NCBI GenBank assembly: GCA_964016885.1 | Contig: OZ024746.1 | Coordinates: 100,316,001-100,380,000 of the forward strand | Origin: Eledone cirrhosa | Taxonomy: Eukaryota | DNA: 64,000 nt | Direction of reading: 5' to 3' | Part shown: in pieces, positions 38,174 to 51,925 of the stretch | Numbering within the stretch: position 1 is the first letter of the stretch | Layout: every line of letters begins with the position of its first letter | The notes under the pieces: generated by a model | Database searches by the model: none | Seen by the model: the letters and a program-made list of their open reading frames with translations, nothing else | What the model was told of the DNA's origin: nothing | Position numbers and translations under genes: made by a program

Positions 38174-38237
<64 letters not shown>

Positions 38238-38391
38238 TATATATATATATATGTGTGAAAACAGGGAGAAAGAGACGATTATTAGGGAGAAAAATATATT
38301 CTTTTCCTTTTTTGTTTCTCTCTCTTTTTCCTGGGTTAGAAAATGATTAAAACGAAATGTTTTACTTTGTGTGAAGTATTATATATATAAA

Positions 38392-39579
38392 AACTGTTTG
38401 GTTGGTTTTCGCGTCTGTATCTTTTATACCTCCACAGTTAATTCATTTGGTCCTCAATGTTTATCCCTGACTGACCAACGGTCAAAAATACAGATATAAA
38501 TACATATATATGGTCTAACAAAGTTCTTTCGTTGCACATCGGCAACATCATCAGTGGTGCTATTATGTTCCTCCTGTTGTATTGTATATCTACGCCATCT
38601 TTATTTTATCTGTTTATTTATTTATTTTTGTCTTCTTCTCTGCGCATGCGTTTGATTGTGTGTATAGTGTTTGGTGTGTGTTCACGTTTGGGTGACTGTG
38701 TTTTGGTTATTGTATTCTATCTTAGTTTACTAGTGTGTGTTTATATGTGTTTGTTGTTATTGTGCTTGTGTATATATTTATTTATTTGTTTATTTATTTA
38801 TTTACATTTCTCTTAGGTCAGTATTGTTTATTTGGGTGTTGTTGTTATTCCATTCATTTTTTTTCTGTTTAGCTTTGGCTTTCTAAGCTCTATTTCGCTC
38901 ACTTCTCTGATTTTCCTATCTGCTGGGTCATTTCTATGTTTAGATATTATTTTAACACGCCAGACAACAACATGACGGTAACATAGACAACATAGAAATT
39001 AAAATAATATCTAAACATAGAAATGACCCAGCAGATAGGCAAATCAGAGAGGCGAGCGAAATAGAGTTTAGAAAGCCAAAGCTAAACAGAAAAAAAATGA
39101 ATGGAATAACAACAACACCCAAACAAACAATACTGACCTAAGAGAAATATAAATAAATAAATAAATAAATAAATAAATATATACACAAGCACAATAACAA
39201 CAAACACATATAAACACACACGAGTAAACTAAGATAGAATACAATAACCAAAACACACTCACCTAAATGCGAACACACACCAAATACTATACACACACGC
39301 AAACTCATGCGCAGAGAAGAAGTCAAAAATAAATAAATAAATAAACAGATAAAATAAAGATGGCGTAGATATACAATACACCAGGAGGAACATAATTGTA
39401 CCACTGATGATGTTGCAGATGTGCGACGAAAGAACTTTGTTAGACTATATATATATATGTGTTTATATCTATATTATATCTGTATTTTTGATTGTTGGTC
39501 AGTCAATGGTAAACATTGAGGACTAAATGAATTAACTATGGAGATATAAAAGATACAGAAGCGAAAACCAACCAAACAG
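38392..39579. mobile_element. ORF-less fold-back element, arms ~560 bp, degenerate HHR in each arm (38515-38560 minus, 39398-39443 plus)
   Basis: Arms ~38392-38952 and ~39001-39579 are reverse complements; CTGATGA T GTTGC..GCAAC GAAA GAAC TT. Confidence 0.75.
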
Positions 39580-40034
39580 TGAGTGTGTTTTGTTATTATT
39601 TCTGACAATATTATTACAACAATATGACCCTCCTCAAGTATAACAATATCTGTTTCGACACACGATTTCATATAAAAAAAACCTCGCAAAACAAATATCT
39701 ATCTATCTATATATATATATATATATATATCATCATTTCATTTTACGTCCGCTTTTTCCCTGCTTGCAAGGGTGGGACGGGAACTGATTCTGGCTTGGTT
39801 TCTACAGCTGGATGCCCTTCCTAACACCAACCTCATTTACAGTGAGTGCTGGGTGCTTTTTTGCCGTGGCACCTCCACGACCACTTTACATCTCATTTCT
39901 ACAGCTGAGTAAACTGGAGCAATATGAAATAAAGTGTCTTGCTCAAGGAAACAACACACCACCCGGTCTGAGAATTGAACTCACAACCTTTTGATTGCAA
40001 AGCCAATGCTCTAACCACTAAACCATGTGCCTCC

Positions 40035-40261
<227 letters not shown>

Positions 40262-40472
40262 GGTTTGTGGTTCACCACTGTATAGAGCTGGTCTATTCTG
40301 TATGGTCAATCGTAATGTAATAATATAGAGAGTACTCAACGTAAAGCAGTTCAACCGTCTTTGTTTTTGTAGTTGGTGGTGTTATTACGGAACCCGGTCA
40401 TTGAAATGATCATAGTATAATAAACTTTTCAAGGATTTACACAAATCCAGCCTCCTGTCATTTCATTATAAT

Positions 40473-40558
<86 letters not shown>

Positions 40559-40731
40559 TTTCTGAATTTGTTTAGCAAGATTCTTTATCTGAAAACGTGT
40601 GTTGAAACCGATATTGTTATACTTTGGGAGGGTCATGTTGCCAATAAGAAACACACGCACCAGTTGCTTTCACTTCAACTTATTATAATAAATTTATACC
40701 CTCCCAAAGTATAAGAATATATATATATATA

Positions 40732-42188
40732 TCTTTATATATATAAAAGCGAGGATGTGTGTGTGTCTGTGTACAACTTTGCATGCTTAAGGCTTTCACA
40801 ATTACCAACTAAATTTGACCAAATTTTCTGTGCACGTTGCACAGGTCGCTAAAATTGTCACATCACAAACATTTTTCAAATCGACCCACGTTGAGCAATA
40901 AAAAATCGATATCAAAATTATCGGTAGAAAAATTGATGTAAGGGAGATAACAAACTTTATTGACAATCCTTATAAAAAAGGGAGATACCCAACTTTTCAG
41001 AGATATAAACATCACATTCGTTTGAAGATAAATCACTAATATTATCGTTTGTTTCTTGTTTATTCTTTGTTGCACTTTCAAAGTTAAAAAAAGACTTGTT
41101 GTTTTAACTTGTTTCACTATATTAAGTGTTAATTTTCGCATCACGGTTAGCTGTATTAACGATCAGCTTCTTCAGCTTCTTCCTGGATGTCCACGGATAT
41201 ATAAATCTATTGATATTGTGTGTGATCCACAGGATGCGGTCAATTATCCAGTTGAATTTCTAAATTCTTTAAATCCTCCTGGTTTACCCCCTAATGCATT
41301 GGTTCTGTAAGAGGGAACACCAGTTATTTTGCTGAGAAATATCACTCCTCCAAAACTATGCAATGGTACACGCCTTGTGGTTAAAAAAACTGTCTCCACT
41401 TAGTATTGACGGTACCATTCTATCCGGATGTGGAAAAGGCGAGGATGTGATAATAACAAAAATTAGCCTGACTGCATCAGGCGTGGATACTCCCTTCTCC
41501 TTTCTCCTTTCGGCGAACCCAATTTCCCCTTCGGGTTGCCTTTGCGATGTCCATAAACAAGTCGCAAGGTCAAACTCTGTCCGTTACTGGAATTCACTTG
41601 GATGAACCTTGCTTTTCTACGGTGCCTGCTCACGAGTTGGCAGTCGAGATAATCTCTTTGCGTTTGTTCCGAAAAGAAAAACAAAGAATATCGTCTATCC
41701 TGAAGTGCTTTAGTGTTAACAAAAAAACTTATTACAGCTCTGCCTTGACTTCACCTTACACAAAATATACCAATGAATATGTCATGCAGGATATTTTGGA
41801 TTATAAGTTCAAAATTTAACCATACACAGCAAAGGATGCTCTCAAAGAATAGATTTTCTCTTATTCTACTCATTGTTTTTTTGTTTGTATACAACTCTGC
41901 TTTCATTACAACTTTTTGTACTTTAGCAAAACTGCCTGTTTTTTTTACAGATTTGCAACGTGTATTGTCTTTAATCATTTGTGTAACTACATCCTGTTCA
42001 GTGTTTTCCTTCATTATCAACATAGTTTTATGTGTACAAAGATTGCACTAAATATTCGTTTGCATTAATTATTGAAGACTTCTGCTTATTTTGACAGGTT
42101 GGGGACAAATAATGTTCTTCTTTTACTTCCTAGCTGTATATTCTTAGCATAATTTCAAACACCGAGCAACGCCGGGTAAATCTGCTAG
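40732..42188 (+). mobile_element. Deleted Helitron with decayed PIF1-like helicase C-terminus (~41150-41712)
   Basis: 5' A|TC; YPVEFLNSLNPPGLPP, LLRNI..LCNGTRL, QFPLRVAFAMSINKSQGQTL; 3' CCGAGCAACGCCGGG..CTAG|T. Confidence 0.88.
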
Positions 42189-42230
<42 letters not shown>

Positions 42231-42243
42231 GTATGTATAGTTA

Positions 42244-42614
42244 TGTAATAAACAACATAAGATAATTATTTCATTTACCAGAGGTTTCTTGAAAGCAACC
42301 AAAATTGCTTTCATTCATCATAATGCAAAAATCCTGGTGTCTTTATTGACAGTGGATTTGAAAAACAAAAATATAACAGATATGAAAGTGAGGCTGGAGG
42401 GAGAAAAAAAAAGGGGGGGGGGAGAATAATAAATAAGAATATATAACAACACACACGTACACACACACACGCACATATGCACACTCACATATACACACGT
42501 ATATACATATATATACATATATACACGCATATATATATACACAGATATATATATACACAGAAACACATATACACACACATACACATATATATATATCCAT
42601 ACATAAATACACCA

Positions 42615-42675
<61 letters not shown>

Positions 42676-42696
42676 CACATATATATACATGCACAC

Positions 42697-42743
<47 letters not shown>

Positions 42744-43245
42744 TACATATACATATATATACATACAAACTGTGTATGTATATATATATGTATATGTATA
42801 TATGTATATATATATGTATGTGTGTGCATGTATATATATGTGTATGCGTGTATATATATATATATATATGTGTGTGTGTTGGTGTATTTATGTATGGATA
42901 TATATATATATGTGTATGTGTGTGTATATGTGTTTCTGTGTATATGTATGTGTATATATGCGTGTATATATATATATGTATATATGTGTGTATATGTGAG
43001 TGAGTGTGCGTGTGTGCGTGTGTGTGTATGTGTACGTGTGTGTTGTTATATATTCTTATTTATTATTATCCCCCCCCCCCCCCTTTTCCCTCCAGCCTCA
43101 CTTTCATATCTGTTATATTTTTGTTTTTCAAATCCACTGTCAATAAAGACACCAGGATTTTTTCCTTCTGATGAATGAAAGCAATTTTGGTTGCTTTCAA
43201 GAAACCTCTGGTAAATGAAATAATTATCTTATGTTGTTTATTACA
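42244..43245. mobile_element. ORF-less fold-back element, HHR in each arm, microsatellite-rich centre
   Basis: Left and right halves are reverse complements; HHRs at 42268-42327(-) and 43161-43220(+). Confidence 0.8.
43161..43220 (+). ncRNA. Type-I hammerhead ribozyme (inverted copy 42268-42327 has C3 changed to A)
   Basis: TTTCCTT CTGATGA A TGAAAGCAAT TTTG GTTGCTTTCA A GAAA CC TCT GG TA AATGAAA. Confidence 0.8.
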
Positions 43246-43310
43246 ATAAGCTCTGTAACCTACATAGAGCACTCTTTCTTCCTGGACCTTTCCGACGGAA
43301 TCACTTCATT

Positions 43311-43345
<35 letters not shown>

Positions 43346-43471
43346 GTAGGAGGTGAGTTTTATTGTAGTACAATAAAGCAATGCAGATATCGGATAAGAA
43401 GCACTCTACAGTTTGTAGGACTGGAGTATACATAATATAAGATCAAAAGATGGTTAAAGGAGTTCCATGTA

Positions 43472-43538
43472 TTTTATTATGCGCATTTCAAAAACAAACA
43501 TCATCATGCAATAATATTTGTGTTTTCATCAGATAAAA
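43472..43538 (-). ncRNA. Type-I hammerhead in the PLE 3' pseudo-LTR
   Basis: Reverse complement of 45914-45980. Confidence 0.8.
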
Positions 43539-45913
43539 CAGGAGAACATGATATGAAGGCTAAAAAACACTTGTGGATAGTGCAGTTTTAAATCAACATA
43601 TGAAAAGTGGTTTTAGATTGATGTGTGATATTGGCAAAAATATTTTATTTAGAGAGGGGGGGGATGAAAAAGGGGAGGAGATGAGAGGGAGAGATGGGTG
43701 ATAGAGAGAAAGAGATAGTTTTTATAACTGAGAGGAGATATATTGTTTTACATAGAGAGGTTGAGAACCGTTGGAAGATAATGTATAAATTAAAAAAAAT
43801 TTGAAAATTAACGAAGGGAGGATATGTGCGAGGAAAAAATATTTTATTTAGGGAGGGGGTGGAAAGGATGAAAAAAGGGGGAGGAGATGAGAGTGAAGGT
43901 GGAGAGGGAGAGATGGGTGATAGAGAGAAAGAGATAGTTTTTATAACTGAGAAAAAGATATATTGTTTTACATAGAGAGGTTGAGAACCGTTGGAAGATA
44001 ATGTATAAATTAAAGGAATTTGAAAATTAACGAAGGGAATTTATGTATGAAGATAGAGAGAAAAAATAATAATTGTGGATGAATATTCTAACGTCAAAAA
44101 AAGTGTATGTTGATAAGTATTGTGGCAATTTCAAAATTAACGAAGAGAAAAATTATTAAGGTTTGTGTGTAGAAGGATTTGAGAAAAATAATGTGAAGTT
44201 AAAGTTTGTATATTGAAGGAATTGATAATATATGCGAATAAAGAGTTAATATGTATTAAGAATGAGTTCGTTGATGGGGAGAAAAAAATAATAAATTAAG
44301 GATGAAATTGAGATTAAAAAGATTTATGATATAGAGAAAAAATAATAATGATTGCGGATGAATATTCTAACGTCAAAAAAACAAATGTATATGTTATGAA
44401 GGATTTTACAAGGTGAAGATAGAATGAGGGTAATGAGTAAACAAGTATTATAGAATGTATAATGCCCTTTAAAGTATGGTAGGAAGATGGGTATATTTTA
44501 AAGAGGTGTATGTATATGTGCCTTTGAGAAAAGATTCTAAATTGATAAAGAACTGAATATTAACTGTATACTTTGTGAAAAGTCCTATGGAATTTATGCA
44601 GGCAGATAGAAAACAAATCTGTACGTCTATTTATTATAGAATCTAGGTTAGAGATAATGGTAAATTTTTCATTTAGGCAGAGATTACAGATTTTAGATAG
44701 AGAGCTGTTCAAGTATGAGGATGCAGAAGAAACCTTCTTCCAAAAGATGGTATATTTAATGTTTTTGTCTTTTAAGGACCATATGAGTTCTGAGAGAGCA
44801 GTGTTGGTTCTTTTAAGTTTGTATTTGAAAGATGAATGATGATTATAGAGACGAGCTTTAAAAGAGGTGGAAGTGGAGCCAAAATAGGTGAAGGAATTGG
44901 TGCTAGTTATAATTTTACATTCATAAATTAAGTTTTTATCGAGACAATGGTTGTTGAGAGGACATTTATTTTTAATGCGGCAGTTGCAATTAGAGAGATT
45001 ATTAATGAGTGACCTAGTGTTATCTATAGAAGGAATTGGATTGGAGAAGTTGTTTGCGATAGGAATAATAGGAATAATAGTTTCTTGATTTAGAGTTGGA
45101 TTATGAACATTTAGCGAAGTTGTGTTTGACGTTGTATTTGGGTTTACAGAAGTTAGCCTAGGGTTTACAATGACGTCGGGAGTACTATTACTGTTATTAT
45201 GAAATTCAATGTTGGAAGGAAGAGGTTTAGTATTTAGTATTTTATTGTTGTGTTTAGAGATGATGTTGGAAATATTGGAGGATGTGGAATAAGAAAATTT
45301 GATGGTGTGTTTGTTAAATATTTTACTATAGATATGTGAGGGAGGGAAGCATTTATTTAAGGCACTAAAAAATAATTTAGGAATATTGTTATTAATAGAG
45401 ATGGAGAAAGGAGCATTATACCAGATTATGTTTTTGTATCTAGGTCTTTTATTAAAATTATTGGAATGATCATGATTAATTATTCTACTGTAAGTTTTTC
45501 TAGAATTTGTTTCTTTACTATATTTGATTTTATCTGGATAGCCGTCTTTAGAAAGTGCGTTATTATAGTAATTGGCGTTAGCATCAAAGATGATTTTATT
45601 AGAGGATATGTTAGATATTCTTTTTCCAATATTACTAACTATAGCATTCTTGATATTGGTAGGATGGTTAGATTTAAAGTTAACATAATTTAGGTTCTCA
45701 TTGTTTTTATGGTAAGGGTAATATAGGCCAGTGTCAAGATTAAGAGATACATCCAAGAAATTAGCTAGTTTGATACTATTATCAAATTCAATTTTTAGGT
45801 TAAATAAAATATTTTTCCCAATATCTCACATCAATCTAAAACCACTTTTCATATGTTGATTTAAAACTGCACTATCCACAAGTGTTGTTTAGCCTTCATA
45901 TCATGTTCTCCTG

Positions 45914-45980
45914 TTTTATCTGATGAAAACACAAATATTATTGCATGATGATGTTTGTTTTTGAAATGCGCATAATAAAA
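45914..45980 (+). ncRNA. Type-I hammerhead in the inverted pseudo-LTR
   Basis: TTTTAT CTGATGA [long stem II AAAC..GTTTTT] GAAA TGCGCA TA ATAAAA; 6-bp stem I, palindromic ATGCGCAT. Confidence 0.8.
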
Positions 45981-46017
45981 TACATGGAACTCCTTTAACC
46001 ATCTTTTGATCTTATAT

Positions 46018-46051
<34 letters not shown>

Positions 46052-46105
46052 AAGAGAGAGAGAGGGAGAGAGAGAGAGAGTGAGAGACATTCATAGCTGC
46101 ATACA

Positions 46106-47090
46106 TCTATATATATAAAACTGTGGTTGTCTGTCTGTCTATCGATTTTTGGCACACATCTCCTCTTAGAATCTCTGACGGAATTGCACCGAAATTGCTA
46201 TACTTGTACATTGAGCCCTAGCGAAGATATCGGAAAAAAAATATTTCAAATTGACCCACCCTATGTGACGAAATCGAATATAATGTATCGATTTTTGAGC
46301 GTAAGTTATCAGTTATTTCCCTTTGTTCTGTTTACATTGAACGTCTTACGTAAAAAATTACGCTGGCTTTCTCAGCGTTTAAAATGACATTAACACAATA
46401 CACGAACAGTTGTCGAGCCAGCAAAATATTGACCTGCAAAATTCATCAGTTCGAACACTAAGCTTCCGTTTTGCTTCATTTCCATTTAAAAGCATTTTAA
46501 AACAATATTTTTACTTGAAAACAAGTCTATTTAAAGACTACGTAAAACAAGCAAATATTTCGTCGTTAGGCGTGCAAACAGACAGTCGTGCAGACAGACA
46601 GTCGTGCAGAGAGGTGATATACGCGTGCAGACAGATAGTCGTGCAGAGAGGTGATATAGGCGTGCAGACAGACAGTCGTGCAGAGAGGTGATATAGGCGT
46701 GCAGACAGACAGTCGTGCAGAGAGGTGATATAGGCGTGCAGACAGACAGTCGTGCAGAGAGGTGATATAGGCGTGCAGACAGACATAACTGATAATTTGG
46801 TTACGCTAATGTTTTTCTCTGCGTTGCAGTGTTTACATTTTCGATCTTTGTTAATAAATAACCAGTGCAGTTTCTATCCCCAGCATCCTCTTTTGTTATA
46901 ACATTCGGGTTATCGTTATGTTTTCTTAACTTCATAAGGCATATTGTTGGTTGAGGGAATATTAATCAAAAACACCACATGCAAGTCTGCACAGTAGACA
47001 CTACAGTTTTTAAGCCAAGAAAGAAACTTAACATTGTAACTTTAACACAGCTACTGAGCGACCCCGAGCAACGCCGGGCTTTACTGCTAG
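46106..47090 (+). mobile_element. Non-autonomous Helitron with internal 37-bp minisatellite (~46568-46785)
   Basis: A|TCTATATATATAAAA start; CCCGAGCAACGCCGGG..CTAG|T end shared with 40732-42188. Confidence 0.82.
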
Positions 47091-47504
47091 TATAATATAT
47101 ACATATATGAATTAAAATCTTAAAACACAGTATAATGTATTGGATTGTCAAGCAGTCGCCATTAAACCATTGTTTTCTGAAAAAGTATATTGAGGTGTTA
47201 ATATTTAGTACATTGAACGCCCAGTTTCTGAAAACAATACCGCAGTTAGGTTTCTGTAAATTGCAACCATTCTATTGAAGATGTAGAGGATGGGCTGGTG
47301 CTGAGGATATTATATTTCCTTTTTAGATCACATATTATGAACAAAGAATTCTTGTATAACAATAACTTGTTTATCATCAATCATTACATTTCAATGTACA
47401 GAGAAATATACCGAGAATGAGATTGTATGTTTGGGGCAGAGAGGTTAACATTTTTTATACTGAATTGTGTGTGTGTGTGTGTGTGTTTGTAATATATATA
47501 TACA

Positions 47505-47562
<58 letters not shown>

Positions 47563-47625
47563 GGAAAAAATGAAACGAAATTTCATTTCTCACTCTTAGT
47601 ACGGCTGTTACTTAAATATAATTAT

Positions 47626-48150
47626 GTATACGTACATACATATATGTATACAGACGTACAGTAGTATGTATATATATATACATACATGCACACATATATA
47701 TATGTACGTATGGATTTACTGACCATTTATTATAATGCTCGATTTGTTTGTAAACAAACATCCCGAATTAAGCCGTACAGTGTTTAGCAACCATCGTTGC
47801 CCTTTCGTTCAACATTGACAAAGGAACGATGTACTAGTTTCAAGCTTATTAGCTATCGTCAGCACCGTATACCTTCCTGCCAGATGATTGAACGTCTGAA
47901 AGTATATACTTTCCTTATGCATATTAACGGCTGAGCAGCCTAATTTGTATATTGTCAGTGTTGAACAAAAGGGCAACGATGGTTGCTAAACACTGTACGG
48001 CTTAATTCGGGATGTTTGTTTACAAACAAACCGAACATTATAATAAATGCTCGGTAAATCCATACGTACATATATATATGTGTGCATGTATGTATATATA
48101 TATACATACTACTGTACGTCTGTATACGTATATGTATGTACGTATACATA
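47626..48150. mobile_element. ORF-less inverted repeat (~195-bp arms) with an HHR in the spacer
   Basis: ~47626-47820 is the reverse complement of ~47953-48150. Confidence 0.78.
47826..47868 (-). ncRNA. Minimal type-I hammerhead ribozyme
   Basis: Minus strand: ACGGTG CTGACGA T AGCT AATA AGCT T GAAA CTAG TA CATCGT; 6-bp stem I, GUA site. Confidence 0.82.
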
Positions 48151-48347
48151 CTTATATATATATATATATATATTTACAAATACATACACACATGGTAAAC
48201 ATTGAGGACCAAATGAATTAACCGATATAAAAGATACAGAAGCGAAAACCAACCAAACAGTGAGTGTGTTCTGTTATTAATTCTGGCAATATTATTACAA
48301 TATCACCCTCCCCAAGTATAACAATATATATATATATATATATAACA

Positions 48348-48409
<62 letters not shown>

Positions 48410-49309
48410 TTGTGTGTGTGTGTGTGTGTAAATATATATATATGTATGTGTGTGTGTACATACATATGTGTGTGTTGTGTGTGTTGTGTGTGTGTGTAAA
48501 TATATATATAAGGGCAAAGGAGCTCTTAAAAGTCAATGGCCATCCAAAATCACTGGGAGAGATGACCCCTTAGCCTTTGTCAAGGCAGAATTCTAGGAGA
48601 AGGAAAACTCTGATATAACACCTGCAACTCTGATGGTATCCAATGATGTTGACTTGTTCTTCTTTTTGGTAAATATCATCTTGGTTAAGAGAGTGGGACT
48701 GGCTTTGTGCAGTGCCTTTGCTCACTATAAAAGCTTCACGGCACAGGCATTGCTTTATATCTGGAGATCTCTCTGCACTTGTCGTCACATGGTACCATGG
48801 GCCTAACACTGTGTCAATAATTGTCACAGGTGTAGTGTTTGTACCAGAGTTTTCAAGTCGCTGGCTGGACTAAAGTCACATTCGTTCAGCGCATTGGTAG
48901 GAGTTCTCCTACATGGATATAAAGTAGTGGCCGTACTCGAAAACGAGTTGGCAGCCACCATATATATATATATATATATGTGTGTGTACATACATATATG
49001 TGTGTGTCTATATGGTTTTAAACAAACACATCGCTGCGCCGTCAAGCCAGTGGTTTGAATAGGTTATCGACAGCTAGAAATAGCAACCGAGTCCTTTCAA
49101 CATAAAAAAGCTATACTAATAGAATACTTAGGAGCCGTAAATACTACCAAAATTAAATTAAAGATGCCATGTCTGAGAATATCAGAAGCCTGCGCCATGC
49201 CACCTGTGGAATAAGCTCAAAGATTCCAAGTAATGAATCCGAGTATTTAACATTGAATTAAAAGTCCATTGACATATTATATATATAATATATATATAAA
49301 ATATTCGAA

Positions 49310-49445
49310 ATTCGCCGAGGTTAACTTTGCCTTTCATCCTTACGGGGTCGATAAAATAAAGTACCAGTCACGCACTGGGGTCGACTTAATCGGCTTTCCC
49401 CTCACCCAAAATTGCTGCCCTTGTGCCTAAATAAGAAACCATTAT
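49310..49445 (+). mobile_element. SINE family A, 5'-truncated
   Basis: Core and tail. Confidence 0.8.
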
Positions 49446-50791
49446 TGATGGAAACAAATTACTTTAAAAAATAAATGTAAATCAAAGAATTTCAATAGAA
49501 ATTATGAAGGACAATTTAGTGTTATTTAATGTTCTGTGCTGCCACATGGTCCAGTGGTAAAGGTGTTGAACTGACAATCATAATGTCGCGGGTTCGATTC
49601 CTGGACTGGCTTGTGTGTTGTGTTAAGCAAAACACTTCATTTCACGTTGCTCCAGTATACTCAGCTGAGAATGAGTACCAGTAATAACTGGGAGTTTAAC
49701 CCTGCGATGGACTGGCGTCTTGTCCAGAGGGGAGTCTTGTACTCTCAGTTGCTTCACGCCATGGAAACTGGGATAATCACTGGCTTGATGAGCCTCCAGA
49801 CAAACTTTAGTCATTTACTGTTCTACCGCAGTAGTATGACGTATTTAAAAGAATGTATAGTAAGGTCCCTTAACTCCTGATAGAGTCGTAGGGGCGCCAT
49901 ATTGACATACGGCGTTTCTTGAGCAGTTTAAGACTGGCGGAGCCCATCCCTCTCCAGGTCTGAGTACAGCAGATTTTTTCCAGAGGAGTGTCTCTTGTGG
50001 TTATGAAAACAGAAAAGGAAGGAATAGACAGCTAGAATTTGCTGCCCCCCCCATGACCCTCTCAAGAATGTGCGAAGAAAAGGTTTCCACGGATAGGCTG
50101 GTAGTTATTAGTAGTACAACTCAGTTACCTTAAAATATATTGCATATTGGTAAAATATCCAAAGATATCCTTCTCGAATAATCACCCCCGCGCCTGCAAA
50201 GGCCAAAGGTACTGTCCCTTCTTTTTGATAAAAAAGGTTCCTCGGTGTCCATTCACTAGAATCTAGTATTCACTCTAGGCCTTTAAAGGGTTGGGAAAAA
50301 AAACGGTTAGACCCTGCCTAACTGATGAGTTTGAATAAGACTGAAATATCCCTTGAGTTATCACCGTACTGACAAAGATTACACTCACTTCCAACTACAT
50401 TCTATTTTTAACTAAATGCTGTGGTTATCTCCCCTGTCTTCTATAACCTGAATTAGTAATTTAGATGATTTTGTTCTTCTCACTACCGCTATATTAATTT
50501 GGAGAGATGGGGCTCAATTGTGAGCGCTTTACTGTTTATTTTTCTTTTAAGTCATCCCAGGGTACTCTTCCTATAACTCAAGAACATAGTATGATAACTG
50601 ATGTCACCCTCCACCCTCAACTCCCGCTCTCTTTCTCCCCTTCTCTCTTTCTATAAACACGAACTTCACCTTTTGCAACTTAAACTCACTTTAACTATGA
50701 AAAGAAAATAATGCTTTCTGATTTAAGCACAAGGCCAACAATTTGTGGGGAGGGGAAAGTCGATTAAATCGACCCCAGTGTGTTACTGGTA

Positions 50792-51007
50792 CCGTGTGTT
50801 CGCTTTTACGCAAAGATGCGTTCGTGAACGCGTCGCGTGAAGCAAATTCACGTAATTCACGTCTAATTTTCTGATAAATCAAAAAAATCAAAAGCAACAT
50901 GTGTTATAGCGCGTTATTCGTGCAAAGTGAATATTTGATAATATTTTTTCAAGAGGTGTTAAAACGAATTCGCGTATTTCAAGTTCGCGTAAAAAGCGAA
51001 CAGACAG
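50792..51007. mobile_element. TA-flanked MITE inserted into a minus-strand SINE A (~50712-51056)
   Basis: SINE TTACTGGTA|CTT split with TA duplicated; TIRs CCGTGTGTTCGCTTTTACGC / GCGTAAAAAGCGAACAGACAG. Confidence 0.82.
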
Positions 51008-51544
51008 TACTTTGTTTTATCGACCCCGTGATGATGAAAGGTAAGACTAACCTCGGTCCTAATTATGAAAAAAAATTATAATATTAATGCAATGTTTCTG
51101 AAGATATGAAGGGAATGTCGGAACATGATCCAGCGCATTAGTTTTTTATTTTATTTCTCTATAAATAGAATACAATTAAAACAGTTAAAACATATAATTT
51201 TGCTACATACTAATTTTAGTTCATACGGGGCAAAAAAATGACATTTAATGTTGGTGTTTTCGTCTACTTTTCAGTATTGTTAAGAAAACAATGACACATA
51301 TAGTTGACAGTGAACAGAGACGATTGACAACCTTCAAATATATTTAATTCAACACTAATAGTTCGTAAGAAGACGCTTATCTCAGCAGACATAATCAATG
51401 ACATCATTATGAATTATTTCAGCGTGACCCGGTAATAACTGAATACGCCACGTGAAGGTAAACTCACACTTGTAGAGAGGACTTGTCATTCTGATGTAGG
51501 TCAGTGGTTATGTTGTCATGTACTTCACTTTTCATAATAACAAA

Positions 51545-51925
51545 ACAAATCAAGAAGTACTTAATGCAAGCAATCTCCGGTCTCTTCCCCACTGTCCAAC
51601 AAATATTTGTGGCATCACAACTAGAACCAGTAGGCCTCGACCGTGGTGACGGCAAGTGCCCCGAAGGAATTACATTCTTCCCCTTCGAAGGAAGTAAATC
51701 CCTCATCTGGAACGCAGCATGCTGTGGCATGTTCTCCGCCTCCAACTTAGTCGCCTCGACCACAAACCCCAATATTGCGGCTCGCAATACAGAGGAGAGG
51801 AAGACAAATACCAGGGTTTGTCTGGTCACTTTCTCTTTGCACCGGTCACCGTCCGGACCTCAGGCATCCTTGGAACCCAGACAGCTGACCTCCTCTGTAA
51901 AATCGGATCGATAACAGCAAGGTGG
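51545..51925 (+). mobile_element. CRE-like retrotransposon RLE endonuclease relic
   Basis: LEPVGLDRGDGKCPEGITFFPF..SLIWNAACC..AARNTEERK resembles EP.GL.R.DGKRPDG.T..PW..G..L.WD..C. Confidence 0.7.

Larger units (their letters stand above)
37208..38179. mobile_element. ORF-less HHR-bearing element with inverted and partial tandem duplication
   Basis: ~37821-38108 is inverted at ~37208-37495; ~37964-38179 is repeated directly at ~37495-37710; (TA)n on both sides. Confidence 0.8.
43433..46021 (-). mobile_element. Penelope-like element (Nematis-like), 5'-truncated, ORF 44560-45756 (RT C-terminus + GIY-YIG), ~190-bp inverted pseudo-LTRs
   Basis: FLDVSLNL..YVNFKSNHP, WYNAPFS, CNCRIKNKCPL, LIYEC..YFGST, CNLCLNEK; ~43433-43625 is the reverse complement of ~45826-46021. 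Confidence 0.9.

Noticed and set aside
48570-48960. Higher-complexity segment with short minus-strand ORFs
   Set aside because: No motif I can recognise; probably an old TE fragment
50323-50355. CTGATGA GTTT..AGAC T GAAA hammerhead-like core
   Set aside because: No convincing stem I, stem III or cleavage triplet
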